Origin: Squalus acanthias
Taxonomy: Eukaryota
Direction of reading: 5' to 3'
NCBI GenBank assembly: GCA_030390025.1
Contig: CM059431.1
Location: 119,352,001-119,416,000 of the forward strand
DNA length: 64,000 nucleotides
Below the pieces are notes generated by a model that was not told the origin of the DNA, searched no databases, and was given only the letters and a program-made list of their open reading frames with translations. The translations under genes and the position numbers were made by a program. This document shows, piece by piece, positions 48,519 to 62,399 of the stretch; positions within the stretch are counted from its first letter, which is position 1, and each line of letters starts with the position of its first letter.

Positions 48519-48944
48519 TCAAAGTCAGGGTGAAGCAGCAAGCTTCAATGATTGTAAAGGTGAGGAACTTTACTGAGATTCCCATCAGTCTAGGTTTTTT
48601 CCAAGGTGAGTGTCTAAACAGCTGTTAGGAGCTTCCTCATATCCAAAGCTAGCCCATACCTCACCTAGGAGTGCTTGATACTTACCTGTAGAGGGATTTT
48701 TATTCTGTAGTCATCCCATGCCCTACCTCAGTTAGTGTGCTTCACTGGGGTAGTGTCAAGGGAGAGATATGCTGCATTGAACACATGCTGTATCTGAGTT
48801 GGCTTTTTTTGATACAGCAATTTAGAGGGATCCTAACTCTATATCTAACCTGTGCTGTGCCTGGCCTGGGAGTGTTTGATGGGACAGTGTAGAGGGAGAT
48901 TTACTCTTTATCTAACTGAGACTGACTGATACATTCTTATGTCT

Positions 48945-49537
48945 TACTGCAATTATATACAGCCCTGATGAGACCACACCTGAAGTATTGTGTACAGTTT
49001 TGGTCTCCTTACCTAAGGAAGGATATATTTGCCATAGAGGGAGTGCAACGAGGGTTCACCAGACTGGATCCTGGGATGGGGGATTGTCCTATGAGGAGAG
49101 GTTGAGTAGACTAGGCCTATATTCTCTAGAGTTTAGAAGAATGAGAGGTGATCTCATTGAAGCATACAAAATTCTTACAGGGCTTGACAGGGTAGATGCA
49201 GGGAGGATGTTTTCCCTGGCTGGGGAGTCTAGAACCAGGGATCACAGACTCAGAATAAGGGGTCGGCCATTTAGGTCTAAGATGAGGAGAAATGTCTTCA
49301 CTCAGACGGTGGTGAATCTTTGGAATTCTCTACCCCAGTGGACTGTGGAGGCTCAGTCGTTGAGTATATTCAAGACAGAGATCGATAGATTTTTGAATAT
49401 TAAGGTAATCAAGGGATATGGGAATAGTGCAGGAAAGTGGAGATGGGGTAGAAGATCAGCCACGATCTTATTGAATGGCAGAGAAGGCTCAAAGGGCCAA
49501 ATGGCCTACAACTGCTCCTATTTCTTATGTTCTTATT
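48945..49537 (+). mobile_element. CR1 LINE 3' fragment
   Basis: LSYEERL..RRMRGDLIE..VVNLWNSLP; tail near 49530. Confidence 0.9.
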
Positions 49538-50147
49538 CATTGACCATTTCTTTCACGTGCCCAGCATTGGCCTGAGGTCAGATTCCCACATTCTGCACAC
49601 TCACAGAGATCAGTATAAGAGCACAAATCCTCCCATTCACAGGAGCTGACCTTGGGATGGTGCAGTAGCAACTCGCAGGTATATTGGCAACCTCTAGAGC
49701 TGAGCCCCTGTCTGCTCCCATTCTGCTTTATCCTTTTCTTGTGGTTACCGTTGGAATATTGTGTGTGTGTGTGACATCAAGCCTAAGGAATTCCATAACT
49801 TTGATCTCTTCAATTATTTTATTTCAGCTCATCTTTGATGACCAGGACTGTCCTTCAGATGTCACACATTTCCTGACAGTGCATTTCCAGGACTGTGCAA
49901 GAGACAAGAAAGTGACGCCAAAGAGGTAGGACATGTGCAGTCACACTCCTCAACATCCACCTTGCCCACACCTGTTGCTGTGCTGTGGCAGATCGAGAAA
50001 TGCTGGAGTTCCCCTGTGGGGGGAAAGAACGGAAACTCTACTGCAAAAGATAGTCCGTCACTCGACACAAGAGATGGTGAAGGGAAGAATCAGAAAATGT
50101 AAAGCTTTGAGGCACTGGATTCAGAACAAAATGAGGATCCTCAGATC

Positions 50148-50283
50148 ATGTTCTGACAAAAAGTAATCGACCTGAAATGTTAACTCTGTTTCTCTCTCCA
50201 CAGATGCTGCCTGACCTGCTGAGTGTTTCCAGCATTTTCTGTTTTTATTTCAGATTTCCAGTATCCACAGTATTTTGCTTTTG
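50148..50283 (+). mobile_element. Penelope-like 3' terminal fragment
   Basis: Reverse complement of 41270-41405, with a decayed hammerhead core. Confidence 0.75.
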
Positions 50284-51261
50284 TATCCTCAGATCATGGT
50301 GTGTTCATACCAGATACACGTGTTAGAAATGTTTGTTGTCCACAATTAATCCAGATTGCCTGCAGGTCAAGAGGCATAACAGTCAATACCAGATTAATAC
50401 ATATGAGGCCTATTACAAAGGTATTGGAAACCAAACAGGACAAAGATAAATAGCACTGAAGTATTGATCAATAGGAAGATCTGAATTATATTAAGATTGA
50501 CCCTGCAGGAAGGAAGAAAAAAAAGAAGGAAGGAAGGTGCTAATCTGTAATAACCAGGACACAATTGTGTTGTGCCATTGACTGAATAGGAAGATCAACA
50601 TTTCTCACTTTCAGATACTTTCCCACTGCTGCTTATGGAGTGGGTTGGCCCCGTTAGATGGGCTTACAGTGAATCTCACTCTTTGTTTCTAACATTGAAT
50701 TAGTTTAAATTCAGTTTATTTTTATGTTACTGCCCCAGAGGCTGATGGTACAGAGCTGACCAATGTACAGACACTGGCCAACACTGAATCAGAGGGGAAA
50801 TTTATAGAGATAATTTTCTCCTCTTTTACTTCACTCATAACTCTTTGGAGACACAAGTGGTAACTTTTGGCTTCCTTAGTCACCATTCCTGTTAATGCTG
50901 GGCCAGATTGGGGCAAAAGTCCCTGTCTCTCTGAAGTACTTAGGTGACATCTCCATAGCCATAGAAAGCTTCATCTGACTGATGTAGAATTCAGTCTCTA
51001 GCACTTCCTGAGTGGGAGGAGGATGCCCTCTAATGGCACCGACATTACCCTTGGGTCTTTTTCACCCATCAGCAGCAGAACATCCCTTTACCATCTCCTG
51101 CATCAAAAAAAAACAGGTTGACATTACTGGTCTTCCTTTAATTCCCTTTCTCAGGTTACAGACTTCTCTGCAGTCTATTTTTTGCAAATGTGAACCCAGA
51201 TGCATGGCCCAGACTTAATAGAAGCAGAGTAGGATTGAAGGTGAAGGCAATTTGTTGGGAC

Positions 51262-52131
51262 AAATCTGTGGGATATAGACAGGTTGACTGAGTGGGCAAG
51301 AACATGGTAAATGTAATACAATGTTGGGAAGTGTGAAGTTATCCACTTTGGTAGGAAAAACAAGAAAGCAGAATATTTTTTGAATGGTGAGAGACTGGGA
51401 AATGTTTGCACTCAGAAGGACCTGGGTGTCCTTGTACATGAATCACAGAAAGTTAACATGCAGGTACAGCAAGCAATTAGGAAAGCAAATGGTATGTTAG
51501 CTTTTGTTACAAAGGGATTAGAGTATAAGAGTAAAGAAGTCTTATTACAATTATACAGGGCATTGGTGAGGCCACACCTGGAGTAATGTGTACAGTTCTA
51601 GTCTCCTTACCTAAGGAAAGACAACTTGCCTTAGATGGAGTGCAGCAAAGGTTCACTAGACTGGTTCCTGGGATGAGGGGAATGCCCTATGAGGAGAGAT
51701 TGAGTAGACTAGGCCTATATTCCTTAGAGTTCAGAAGAATGAGAGGTGATCTAATTGAAACATATAAAATTCTTCAGGGGCTTGACAGGGTTAATGCTTA
51801 GAAAATGTTTCCCCTGGCTGGGGAGTCTAGAACACGGGGTCACAGTCACAGAATAAGGGGTAGGCCATTTAGGACTGAGATGAGGAGAAATTTCTTCACT
51901 CAAAGGGTTGTGAATCTTTGGAATTCTCCACCCCAGAGAGCCGTGGATGCTCAGTCATTGAGTATATTCAAGACAGAGGCCAATAGATTTTTGGGAGCGA
52001 AGGGAATTAAGAGATATGGGGATAGTGCAGGAAGGTGGAGATGAGGTAGAAGATCAGCCATGATCTTATTGAATGGTGGAGCAGGCTCGAAGGGCCGAAT
52101 GGCCTACTCCAGCTCCTATTTCTTATGTTCT
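51262..52131 (+). mobile_element. CR1 LINE 3' fragment
   Basis: Same C-terminal ORF2 motifs and 3' tail as 37438-39480. Confidence 0.9.
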
Positions 52132-52419
52132 AAGAATAGAATGACTGTGGGTAATTTTGCGTGAATTTTGGATCAAGGAGAACAATACAAGAGTATCTTT
52201 TGGTACTGGAGGAAATGCCCACCCGAGAGGTAGTGCTATTAGTTCCACTCAATGAGTGGGAATTTGCTGACAAGCTGTTGGACGGCTAAGGAATAGGCCT
52301 AGCCTGGTAATGTCCCAATCTTAGTGAATATTTCAGGGAGCTCCCAATTGCTTCAGAGTAAGGACTGAGTAAAAGCTGATAGTGACAGTACCACCACGGT
52401 GTGCCACTGTTTGAATTAA

Positions 52420-53880
52420 AAATGAGAGATATAAAAGAGAAAAAATGTTAGTAGAAAAATGCAGGAGACAAGAAGAGGAAAATTTAAGCAGGACTAATAA
52501 AGGGAAATATAAAAGTGAGATGTGAGGAAGAGAGAAATAGAAAAACAAAAATAATGTGATGGAGACAAAAAAAATACGTAGAAACGTGTGGCAGATGAGA
52601 AGAGGCAAAGGTTAGCAAAATTAAGCCTATAAAGAATAAAAAGGGAAATAGAATTAATATGAGGAAAAGGAAATTGAAAAATGAAGGAGAGGATTAAAAA
52701 AGAAAAAAAAGATTGAAATGTGAAATAGCGAAAGGAATTGAGCAACAAAAACATAAAAAGAAAATGAGAGTAACAAATAGGAGAATAGTGGAATGCAAAA
52801 TGAGATCACAGGAGAAGATGTGATTAAAAATAAGGATGAAAAGAGAAATTGTAAAACAAGAAATAATGAGGAAAGTTAAGTAGAATTAAGAGAGATGAGC
52901 AGGGGATGAGTGTTAAATCGAAGAAGAGCAATTAGATAAAAAGATATGGAACAAGAAATGCAAAGGAGAAAGAAAGGGAAATAAAAGTCAAAGGTGACAA
53001 GGAGGAGAATTAAGATGAGGGGAAGGAAAGGGAAATAAGAAAATGATAGAAGAGAAAAAGAAGGAATTGAGAGGAAAATTGAAAGAACAGAGAAAACACG
53101 AATGGAAAATGAGAGGGATGAGAAGTGGCAGGAAAAGAGTAGAAAATGAGAGATGGGGAAGGAAGAGGTAAGTATGATAAACAAAGGAGGAAAAGAAAGA
53201 AAAAGACAGAGATGAGAGAATTTGCAGTGAGAAAAGGTAGAACAGAAAAAGGAGTTCTGGAGAGGAAATGGTACATAGGAAATGAAACGGACGAGAAAGA
53301 GAAAAATGGAAACAAGAAAGTTGTGATGAAGATTGAGCAAGTTAATGGTAAAGTGGAGAACATAAATTTCGGAAAAGGACTGTGGAAAGTTAAGGGTGTG
53401 AGAAGCGGTGAAAAAGGAATCAGTAAAAAGGTCAGAAGGATTAAGCTGATAGATCAAATAGGAAAATTGAAACAGATAAATCAGTTCAGGATAGTAAAAC
53501 GTAAGTAGAAAATGAGAGCACTGAGAAGGAGATAAACGGGGAATTAGGAAAATGGGAAATAAGAAAAGCAAAATTATGTTACAATTAAAGAAGAGATTTT
53601 ATGGAGAGGACAGATTGCAATTGAGATGATACATTGTAAGTGCAAAATGAGAGATAAGGAATTAAGAAATAAAATTTCAAAGTGAAAGTTGAGGGAAACG
53701 TTAAGTACAAAATGAGAGAGATGCAGAGTTGAATAGGGCAATAAGAAAATGAGAAATAATTGGTGGAAAAAGTAAGTAAGAAATAATCATCAAAATAGGT
53801 ATGAGATGGAGAAGAAAAAAACAGTACAAAAATCAGTAGAATTAAGATGAGAAGAGGAAAAGGTGAATCAGAAATAGTAA
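52420..53880. repeat. Purine-rich (GA) low-complexity tract
   Basis: Plus strand almost entirely A/G; continues at 60430-62070. Confidence 0.85.
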
Positions 53881-53889
53881 GTAAGCACA

Positions 53890-54452
53890 GTGTGCCAGTG
53901 GTAGAGGCAGTGAATGTTTAAGGTGGTGGATGGGCTGCTGATCCAGTGAACTGCTTTGTCCTGGATGGTGTTAAGCTACTTCACTGTTGTTGGAGCTGCA
54001 ACCATCCAGGCAAATAGAGAATATTCCATCACACCTCTGACATGTGCCTTGTAGGTGGTGGAAAGCCTTTGGGGAGTCAGAAGGTGAATCACATGTGTCA
54101 GAATACCCTGCCTCTGACAAGCTCTTTTAGACTCTGTATTTATGTGGCTGGTCCAGTTAAGTTTCTGGTCAATGGTGACGCCGAGGAAATTGTCGGTGGG
54201 CAAATAAACTATGGTAATGCCATTGAATGACAAAGGTGAGTTTTGCCCATTGATTTCAGATTAACTAAGGCTCCTTGGTGCCACACTCGGTCAAATGCTG
54301 CCATGATGTCGAGAGTAGTCACTCTCACCTCACCTCTGAAATTCAGCTCTTTTGTCCATGTTTGGACCAAAGCTGTAATGAGGTCTGGAGCCAAGTGGAC
54401 CCGCGGAACCCAAACTGAGCATCGGTGATCAGGTTATTGGTGAGTAAGTGCC
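53890..54452 (-). mobile_element. CR1-group LINE RT fragment (second family)
   Basis: LDIMAAFDRVWH, LGVTIDQKLNW; same family as 58570-60330. Confidence 0.8.
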
Positions 54453-54501
54453 ACATATTCAGATACGCCTGACATGCTGCTCTTCACTCCTCATTGAACT
54501 A

Positions 54502-57500
54502 GAACATAACATAAGAATCAGTAGCAGGAGTAGGCCATATGGCCCTTCGAGCCTGCTCCGCCATTCAATAAGATCATGGCTGAACTTCGACCTAAACTTC
54601 ACTTTCCCGCCCGAGCCCCCATATCCATTGATTCCTCTAGAGTCCAAAAATCTATCTATCTCAGTATTGAATATATTCAACGAATCAGCTTTCACAGCCC
54701 TTTGGGGTAGAGAATTCCAAATATTCACAACCCTCTTAGTGAAGAAATGCCTCCACATCTCAGTATTAAATGACCGACCTCTTATCCTGATACTGTGTCC
54801 CCTGATTCTAAACTCTCCAGCCAGGGGAAACAACCTCTCAGCATCTACCCTGACAACTCCCCTCAGAATCTTATATGTTTCAATGAGATCATCTCTCATT
54901 CATCTAAACTCCAGAGAGTATAGGCCCAATCGACTCAATCTCTTCTCATAGGACAACCCTCTCATCCCAGGGATCAATCTAGTGAACCTTCATTGCACAA
55001 CCTCTAAAGCATGTATGCTTTTTCTCAGATAAGGAGACCAAACCTGTGCACAGTACAACAGGTGTTGGTCTCACCAAAGCCACAGAGTCATAGAGTTATA
55101 CAGCACAGAAAGAGGCTCTTCAGCCCATCGTGTCCGCGGCGGCTATCAAGCCCTGTCTATTCTAATCCCATAATACGCACTTGGTCCGTAGCCTTGTATG
55201 CGATGGCGTTTCAAGTGCTCATCTAAATGCTTCTTGAATGTTGTGAGGGTTCCTGCCTCTACCACCCTTTCAGGCAGTGAGTTCCAGATTCCAACCACCC
55301 TCTGGGTGAAAAAGTTTTTCCTCAAATCCCCTCTCAACCTCCTGCCCCTTATCTTGAAAATATGCCCCCTGGTTATTGACCCCTCTACTAAGGGGAAAAG
55401 TTCCTTTGTATCTACCCTATCTATGCCCCTCATAATTTTGTACACCTCAATCAGGTCCCCCCCCTCAGCCGTCTCTGCTCTAAGGAAAACAACCCCAGCC
55501 TGTCCAGTCTCTCTTCATAGCTGAAGCGCTCCAGCCCAGGTAACATCCTGGTGAATCTCCTCTGCACCCTCTCCAATGCAATCACATCCTTCCTATAGTG
55601 TGGCAACCAGAACTGCACACAGTATTCCAGCTGTGGCCTAACTAGCGTTTTGTACAGCTCCATCATAACTTCCCTGCTCATATATTCTATGCCTCGGCTA
55701 ATGAAGGCAAGTATCCCATATGCCTTTTTAACCACCTTATCTACCTGTCCTGCTGCCTTCAGGGATCTATGTACATGCACACCAAGGTCCCTCTGATCCT
55801 CTGTCCTTCCTAGGGTCCTACCATTCATTGTGTATTCCCTTGCCTTGTTAGTCCTCCCAAAATGCATCACCTCACACTTTTCAGGGTTAAATTCCATTTG
55901 CCGCTGTTCTGCCCTTCTAACCAACCCATCTATATCATCCTGTAGCCTCAGGCTTCCCTCCTCGCTATTTACCACTCCACCAATTTTCGTGTCATCTGCG
56001 AACTTACTGATCATACCTCCTACATTCATATCTAAATCATTAATGTACACTACAAACAGCAAAGGACCCAGCACCGATCCCTGTGGTACACCACTGGACA
56101 CAGGCTTCCAGTCACAAAAACAACCTTCGACCATCACCCTCTGCCTCCTGCCACTAAGCCAATTTTGGATCCAATGTGCCAAATTGCCCTGGATCCCATG
56201 GGCTCTTACCTTCTTGACCAGTCTCCCATGCGGGACTTTGTTAAAAGCCTTACTGAAGTCCATGTAGACTACATCAACTGCACTACCCTCATCCACACAC
56301 CTAGTCACCCCCTTGAAAAATTCAATCAAATTGTAGTAAAATTTCCTTACTCTTGTACTCCAACCCCCTTGCGCTAAAGGCTGACATGCCATTTGCCTTC
56401 CTAATTGCTTGCTGTACCTGTATGCTAACTTTCTGTGTTTCCTGTACGAGGACACCTAAATCTCTCTGAACACCAACATTTAATAGTTTCTCACCATTTA
56501 AAAAATATTCTGTTTTTCTATTCTTCCTACCAAAGTGAATAACCTCACATTTCCTCACATTATACTCCATCTGCCACCTTATTGCCCACTCACTTAACCT
56601 GTCTATATCCCTTTGCAGGTTCTTTGGGGTAAAAATTGGGGTAATTTTAGCGCCCTGAAAAAGTTAGCGCCCCCGTGGCCGATTTTCCCAGGTAGCGCAC
56701 TGAGAGGGAGGAGAGGCGCTACTGGAAGCGCCCCGTGACCCTCTTGGGGCGCTGCGAGCTAATATCGTGGTGCTACGTGCCGCGGAACTGCCGGCCTTCT
56801 TCCCCTTATTAAATGGGAGGGGCCTGGTGCAGCACATCCCAGCGCCCAGCTGGGCCGCCAGGCATCAGGAGTGCTGGCAAAAGAGCCCGGCACTCCTCAC
56901 AAAGAGCAGCCAGCACCCCGTGGGGGGGCTTCACAAGGGACGGGGACAGCAACAGGGGCAGGTGCTGGTAGGCGGCCAGCAACAAAAATGGCCGCCCGCC
57001 ACCTCCCCTTTAAATAGCGCCGCCCTGGCCACAGGTAGGCCCCCCTGACCCCGGCAGACATAGCGTCCGGCGATAAGTCAGGGGGCGCCACCCAATATTA
57101 CAGCCGGGGCATGAGCAGGGCGTGAGCGGGGCGCTGCGCACAGCGATGACGTCATCACTGGCGGCGCAACGCTGCCGCTAACCTCCCGCTGAATTTCGCG
57201 GGAGGCGTTAGCGGCGCCGCGCCCAGGCACTAGTTGATTTGCACCCATTAGCGCCCTCTTAGGGCACTAACGGGGGGCGCAAATCAACCGAATTTAGCCC
57301 CCTTTGTGTCCTCACAGCTTACTTTCCGACCTAGCTTTGTATCGGTCCTTTCATCTAAGTCATTAATATAGATTGTAAACAGCTGAAGCCCAAGCACTGA
57401 TCCTTGTGGCACCCCACTAGTTATAGCCTGCCAACCTGAAAATGACCCATTTATTCCTACTCTGTTTTCTCTCCATTAACCATTCCTCTATCCATGTGAA

Positions 57501-58560
57501 TATATTACCCCCGATCCCATGTACCCTTATCTTGCATAGCAACCTTTTATGTGGCACCTTATCGAATGCCTTTAGGAAATCCAAATATACTACATCCATT
57601 GGTTCCCCTTTATCCACCCTGCTAGTTACATCCTCAAAAAACTCTAATAAATTTATGAAACACGATTTCCCTTTCATAAAACCATGTTGACTCTGCTTAA
57701 AAATATTATCATTTTCTAAATGCCCCAATACCACTTCCTCAATAATGGATTCCAGCATTTTCCCGACGAGTGATGTCAGGCTAACTGGCCTGTAGTTCCC
57801 TGTTTTGTCTCTCCCTCCTTTGTTGAATAGCTGGGTTACATTTGCTACCTTCCAATCCGCTGGAACCGTTCTAGAATCTAGGGAATTTTGGAAGATCACA
57901 ACCAATGTAACCACCATCGCTGCAGCCACCTTTTTTAGAACCCTATGATATAGGCCAACAGGTCCAGGGGATTTGTCAGCTTTTAGTCCCATTAGTTTCT
58001 CAAGTACTTTTTCTCTACTGTTATTAATTACATTAAGTTCCTCACTCTTATTAGCCCCTTGGTTCCCCACTATTTTTGGTATGCTTTTTGTGTCTTTTAC
58101 TGTGAAGACAGATAGAAAATATTTGTTTAAAGTCTCTGTCATTTTCTTATTCCCCATTATAATTTCACCTCAGCCTCTAAGGGACCAATGCTTACTTTTG
58201 CTACTCTTTTCCTTTTTACATACTTGTAGAAGATCTTACAGTCTGTTTTTATATTTCTTGCTAGTTTACTCTCATATTGTATTTTCTCCCTTTTTATCAA
58301 TTTTTTGGTCATCCTTTTGGTTTCTAAAGCTTTCCCAATCCTCAGGCTTACTACTATTTTTCGCAACATTATAAGCCTCTTCTTTTAATCTAATACTATC
58401 TTTAACTTCTTTAGTTAGCCATGGATGGATCACTTTTCCCGTGGAGTTTTTATTTCTTAATGGAATGTATATTCGTTGAGAACTTTGGAATATTTCTTTA
58501 AATGTTTGCCACTGCTTATCTACTGTCATACCTTTTAATCTAATTTCCCAATCTACCTTA
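54502..58560 (-). mobile_element. CR1 LINE with nested CR1 (about 55081-56330) and MITE
   Basis: ORFs 57417..58157, 55451..56455 and 54459..54899 are CR1 ORF2 pieces; two separate 3' tails. Confidence 0.88.
56626..57302. mobile_element. PIF/Harbinger MITE related to 36204-37095 (opposite orientation)
   Basis: GGGGTAAAAATT / AATTTAGCCCCC termini, TTT flanks, shared subterminal sequence. Confidence 0.85.
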
Positions 58561-58569
58561 GCTAATTAG

Positions 58570-60330
58570 GTTTGGTCATCTGGTTTGATGATAATGATAG
58601 AGTGAGGGTTATGTCGGTCCATGAGGTTACAGACTGTGGTGGAATACAATTCTGCAGCAGCTAATGGCCCACATTGCCTTATGGATGCCCAGTTTTGAGC
58701 TGCTAGATCTGTTCTTATTGTAGTGGAGAATATTCCAGCACACTCCTGACTAGTGCCCTGTAGATGGTGGAAAGGCTTTAGGGAGGTTTTTTTTCATTAA
58801 TAGGATGTGGGCGTCACTGGCAAGGCCAGCATTTATTGTCCATCCCTAATTGCCCTTGACAAGCTGATGGTGAGTCGCCTTCTTGAACCGCTGCAGTCCG
58901 TGTGGTGAAGGTGCTCCCACAGTGCTGTTAGGGAGGGAGTTCCAGGACTTTGACCCAGTGACGATAAAGGAACGTCAATATATTTCCAAGTCAGGATGGT
59001 GTGTGACTTGTAGGGGAACTTGCAGGTGATGGTGTTCCCATGCGCCTGCTGCCCTTGTCCTGCTAGGTGGTAGAGGTCGTGGGTTTGGGAGCTGCTGTCG
59101 AAGAAGCCTTGGCAAGGTGCTGCAGTGAATCCTGTAGATGGTACACACTGCAGCCACGGTGCACCGGTGGCGGAGGGAGTGAATGTTTAAGGTGGTGGAC
59201 GGGGTGCCAATCAAACGAGCTGCTTTGTCCTGGATGGTGTTGAGCTTCTTGACTGTTGTTGGAGCTGCACTCATCCAGGCAAGTGGAGAGTATTCCATCA
59301 CACTCTTGACTTGTTCCTTGTAGATGGTGGAACGGCTTTGGGGAGTCAGGAGGTGAGACACTCGCCACATAATACCCAGCCTCTGAACTGCTCTTGTATC
59401 CACAGTACTTATGTGGCTGGTCCAGTTAAGTTTCTGGTCAATGGTGACCCCCAGGATGTTGATGCTGGGGGATTCAGCAATGGTAATGCCGTTGAATGTC
59501 AAGGGGTGGTGATTAGACTCTCACTTTAGGAGTTAGTCATTGCCTGGCATGTGTCTGGCATGAATGTTACCTGCCACTTATCAGCCCAACCAGAATGTTA
59601 TCCAGGTCTTGCTGCATGTGGACATGAACTCCTTCAATATCTGAGAAGTTGTGAATGGAACTGAACACTGTGTAGTCATCAGCGAACATCCCCACTTCTG
59701 ACCTGATGATGGAGGGAATGTTATTGATGAAGCAGCTGAATATGGTTGGGCCTAGGGCACTGCCCTGAGAACTCCTGCAATGATGTCCTGGGGCTGAGAT
59801 GATTGACCTCCAACAATCATAACCATCTTCCTTTGTGCTAGGTATGACTGCAGCCAGTGGAGAGTTTTCCTCCTGATTCCCATTCAATTTTACTTGGACT
59901 CCTTGATGCCACACTCGGTCAAATGCTGCCTTGATGTCAAAGGCAGTCACTCTCACCTCACCTCAGGAATTCAGTTCTTTTGTCCCTGTTTGGACCAAGG
60001 CTGCAATAAGGTCTGGAGCCAAGTGGTCCTGGTGAACCTGAACTGAGCATTGGTGAGCAGGTTATTGGTGAGTAAATGCCACTTGATAGCACTGTCGACA
60101 ACACCTTCCATCACTTTGCTGATGATTGAGAGTAGACTGATGGGGCAGTAATTGGCCGGTTTGGACTTGTCCTGCTTTTTGTGGACAGCACATACCTGAG
60201 CAGTTTTCCACATTGTCGGGTAGATGCCAGTATTGTAGCTATCCTGGAACAGCTTGGCTAGAAGCACTTATAGTTCCAGAGCACAGGTTTTCAGCTCTGC
60301 AGCCAGGATGTTGTCAGGGACCATAGACTG
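58570..60330 (-). mobile_element. CR1-group LINE fragments
   Basis: NYCPISLLS, DIKAAFDRVWH, QGSALGP, MFADD, LGVTIDQKLNW across broken frames. Confidence 0.85.
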
Positions 60331-60429
60331 AAGACTGGCATTATGATGGTGAGGACCTCAGGAGGAGTTTGAGATGGATTATCCAGTTGGCACTTCTGTC
60401 TGAATAGTGTTGCGAACGCTTCTGGTACA

Positions 60430-62070
60430 AAAAAATGATATCTGACATTTGATGGAAACAAAAAAGGTGAAAAAATGAGAGACATGATGTGCAGAACAGG
60501 TTAGTAGAAAATGAAAGGCATGAAAAGGAAATAGAAAAGCACTGGTGCCTCACAGCGCCAGAGACCCGGGTTCGAATCTGGCCTCGGGTGACTGTCTGTG
60601 TGGAGTTTGCACATTCTCCCCGTGTCTGCGTGGGTTTCCTCCGGGTGCTCCGGTTTCCTCCCACAGTCCAAAAATGTGCGGGTTAGGTTGATTTGGCTAT
60701 GATAAATTGACCCTTAGTGTTAGGGGGGGATTAAATATGTGGGGTTACGGGGATAGGATGGGATATGTTAGGGGGAATTAAATACATGGGGTTACGGGGA
60801 TAGGGTGGGATATGTGTCGGTGCAGGCTCGATGGGGATTCTGTGTGAGATAGCAGGGACAGGGTACTGGATTTGGATGATCAGCCATGATCGTATTGAAT
60901 GGTGGAGCAGCCTCGACGGGCCGAATGGCCTACTCCTGCTCCTAGTTTCTATGTTTCTATGTTTCTAAAACGCGTAAGTATAATTAAGATGAGAAGACAA
61001 TAATAGAAATAGAAAAAGTAGAGAGGTGAAAGGGAGAGAAAAAGAAGGAAATGAGCAAAGGAAGACAAACAGAAAAAAGCATTGAGGTGGTAGTAAGAGA
61101 AATAAGGGAAGTAAAACAGGGAAATCGAAAAAATGAGATACAAAGAAAGGAAAAACTAAGAATAAATAGAAAGAACAAAATGAGAAAGAGACAAGAATTT
61201 GAGGATATGAAAGAAAAATACATAAATGAGACTGTCGAGGAAAATTTAAGGAGAATATGAGTGATGAGAAGAAATACTGAAATAGAAAAATGAGACAGGA
61301 GAGGAAAAGATAAGTAAGCAGCAAGAAAGATCTTGAATTTCTGTAGTGCCTTTCATGACTTCAGGAATCTCAAAGCGCTTTACGGCAATTGAAGTACTTT
61401 TGAAGTGAAGCGACTGTTGTGATGTATGAAGCAAGGCAGCCAATTTGAGAGCGATGTGGAGAGGGAAGGGAAGAGCAGGAAAGGAACATGTAAATAGGAA
61501 ATGAGGGAGATAAGGAGAGGAATCAGTTGATATAAAAGGACAAAAAAGGGAAAATCAACAAAAGGTAAGTAGAATTACGATAAGCTAAATGGAAATAGAA
61601 AAAAAAGGGTTGAGGTGAGGAAAAAGTAAACAGAAGAAAAATGCTGAGAAGGAGAAAGAAATGAAATATCAAACTGAAAAATGGGACATGGAGGATTTGG
61701 GGAGAATAAAGGCTAAATAAAACATGGGCAAGATGAAGGAAGGAAAAGCTAAGTAAAAAAGGAGCAAGATGAGAAGAAGAGAAGCAGGGAAATAGAAAAA
61801 TAAGAAATAGAAAAGTTGTTCTGCAGAGGAAAAGCTGAATAGAAAATTAGAAGAATGAGGAGAGAGAAAAATAGAATAGAAAAATGAAAAATTTTCTAGA
61901 GACTAAAACAGCAAGTAGAAAAGTGAGTGATGAGAGGATTAGGTCGGTAGAAAATAGAAATATGAAAAGGAGATGAGGAGAAAGTAATGAAAATACAAAA
62001 TGAGCTGAGAAGGAGGGAAAACAAATAGAAACGCAGAAAGATGAGGAGAAAGAAAACTAAATACAAAAGC
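60430..62070. repeat. Purine-rich tract with SINE and LINE-tail insertions
   Basis: A/G-dominated plus strand; hosts a V-SINE, a CR1 tail (60850-60965) and a Deu-SINE tail (about 61322-61445). Confidence 0.8.
60539..60844 (+). mobile_element. V-SINE/HE1-like SINE
   Basis: B-box GGTTCGAATC plus V-domain; homologous to 843-1168; ~50-bp internal duplication. Confidence 0.85.
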
Positions 62071-62399
62071 TAGAGCTGATTTTAATCTTTTATTAATAAA
62101 ACATACCAAATATAAAACAAATGTTTGGATATTAGTGATCTGATTGGTCCATGCAATATGAGATCAATAGTGATGTCTCAAGGCTGCTTCCCCTCTTTTG
62201 CTGAGGGAGGTTTTCAATAAGCGTTAATTTAGAAAGTGATGTCCATCTGGACATTGTGTTCTGCCCAAAGGCAAGTCCTAGACTCACACATGAGATTCTT
62301 CAGCCACTTACTAGGGAAGAGGAGCTGAGGTGGTTTCCTTTTGCCTTCCTCATGGTTTCTATCTTCTGCTACATAGCCCAGTATCCCCAGTGTTTCCAG

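Larger units (their letters stand above)
35040..48920. repeat. Tandem segmental repeat, ~1.46-kb unit, four copies plus a partial fifth, interrupted by TEs
   Basis: Anchor gcagctgacactg..gtgactttagtcc near 35875, 40592, 45003 and 46463; each unit carries a ~65-bp subrepeat (tctaacccgtgctgtacct..gtgtttgatgggacagtgtag). Confidence 0.85.

Noticed and set aside
52876..53571. 231-aa hydrophobic ORF and similar ORFs at 52333-52754 and 60949-61324
   Set aside because: Artefacts of the pyrimidine-rich strand of a low-complexity tract
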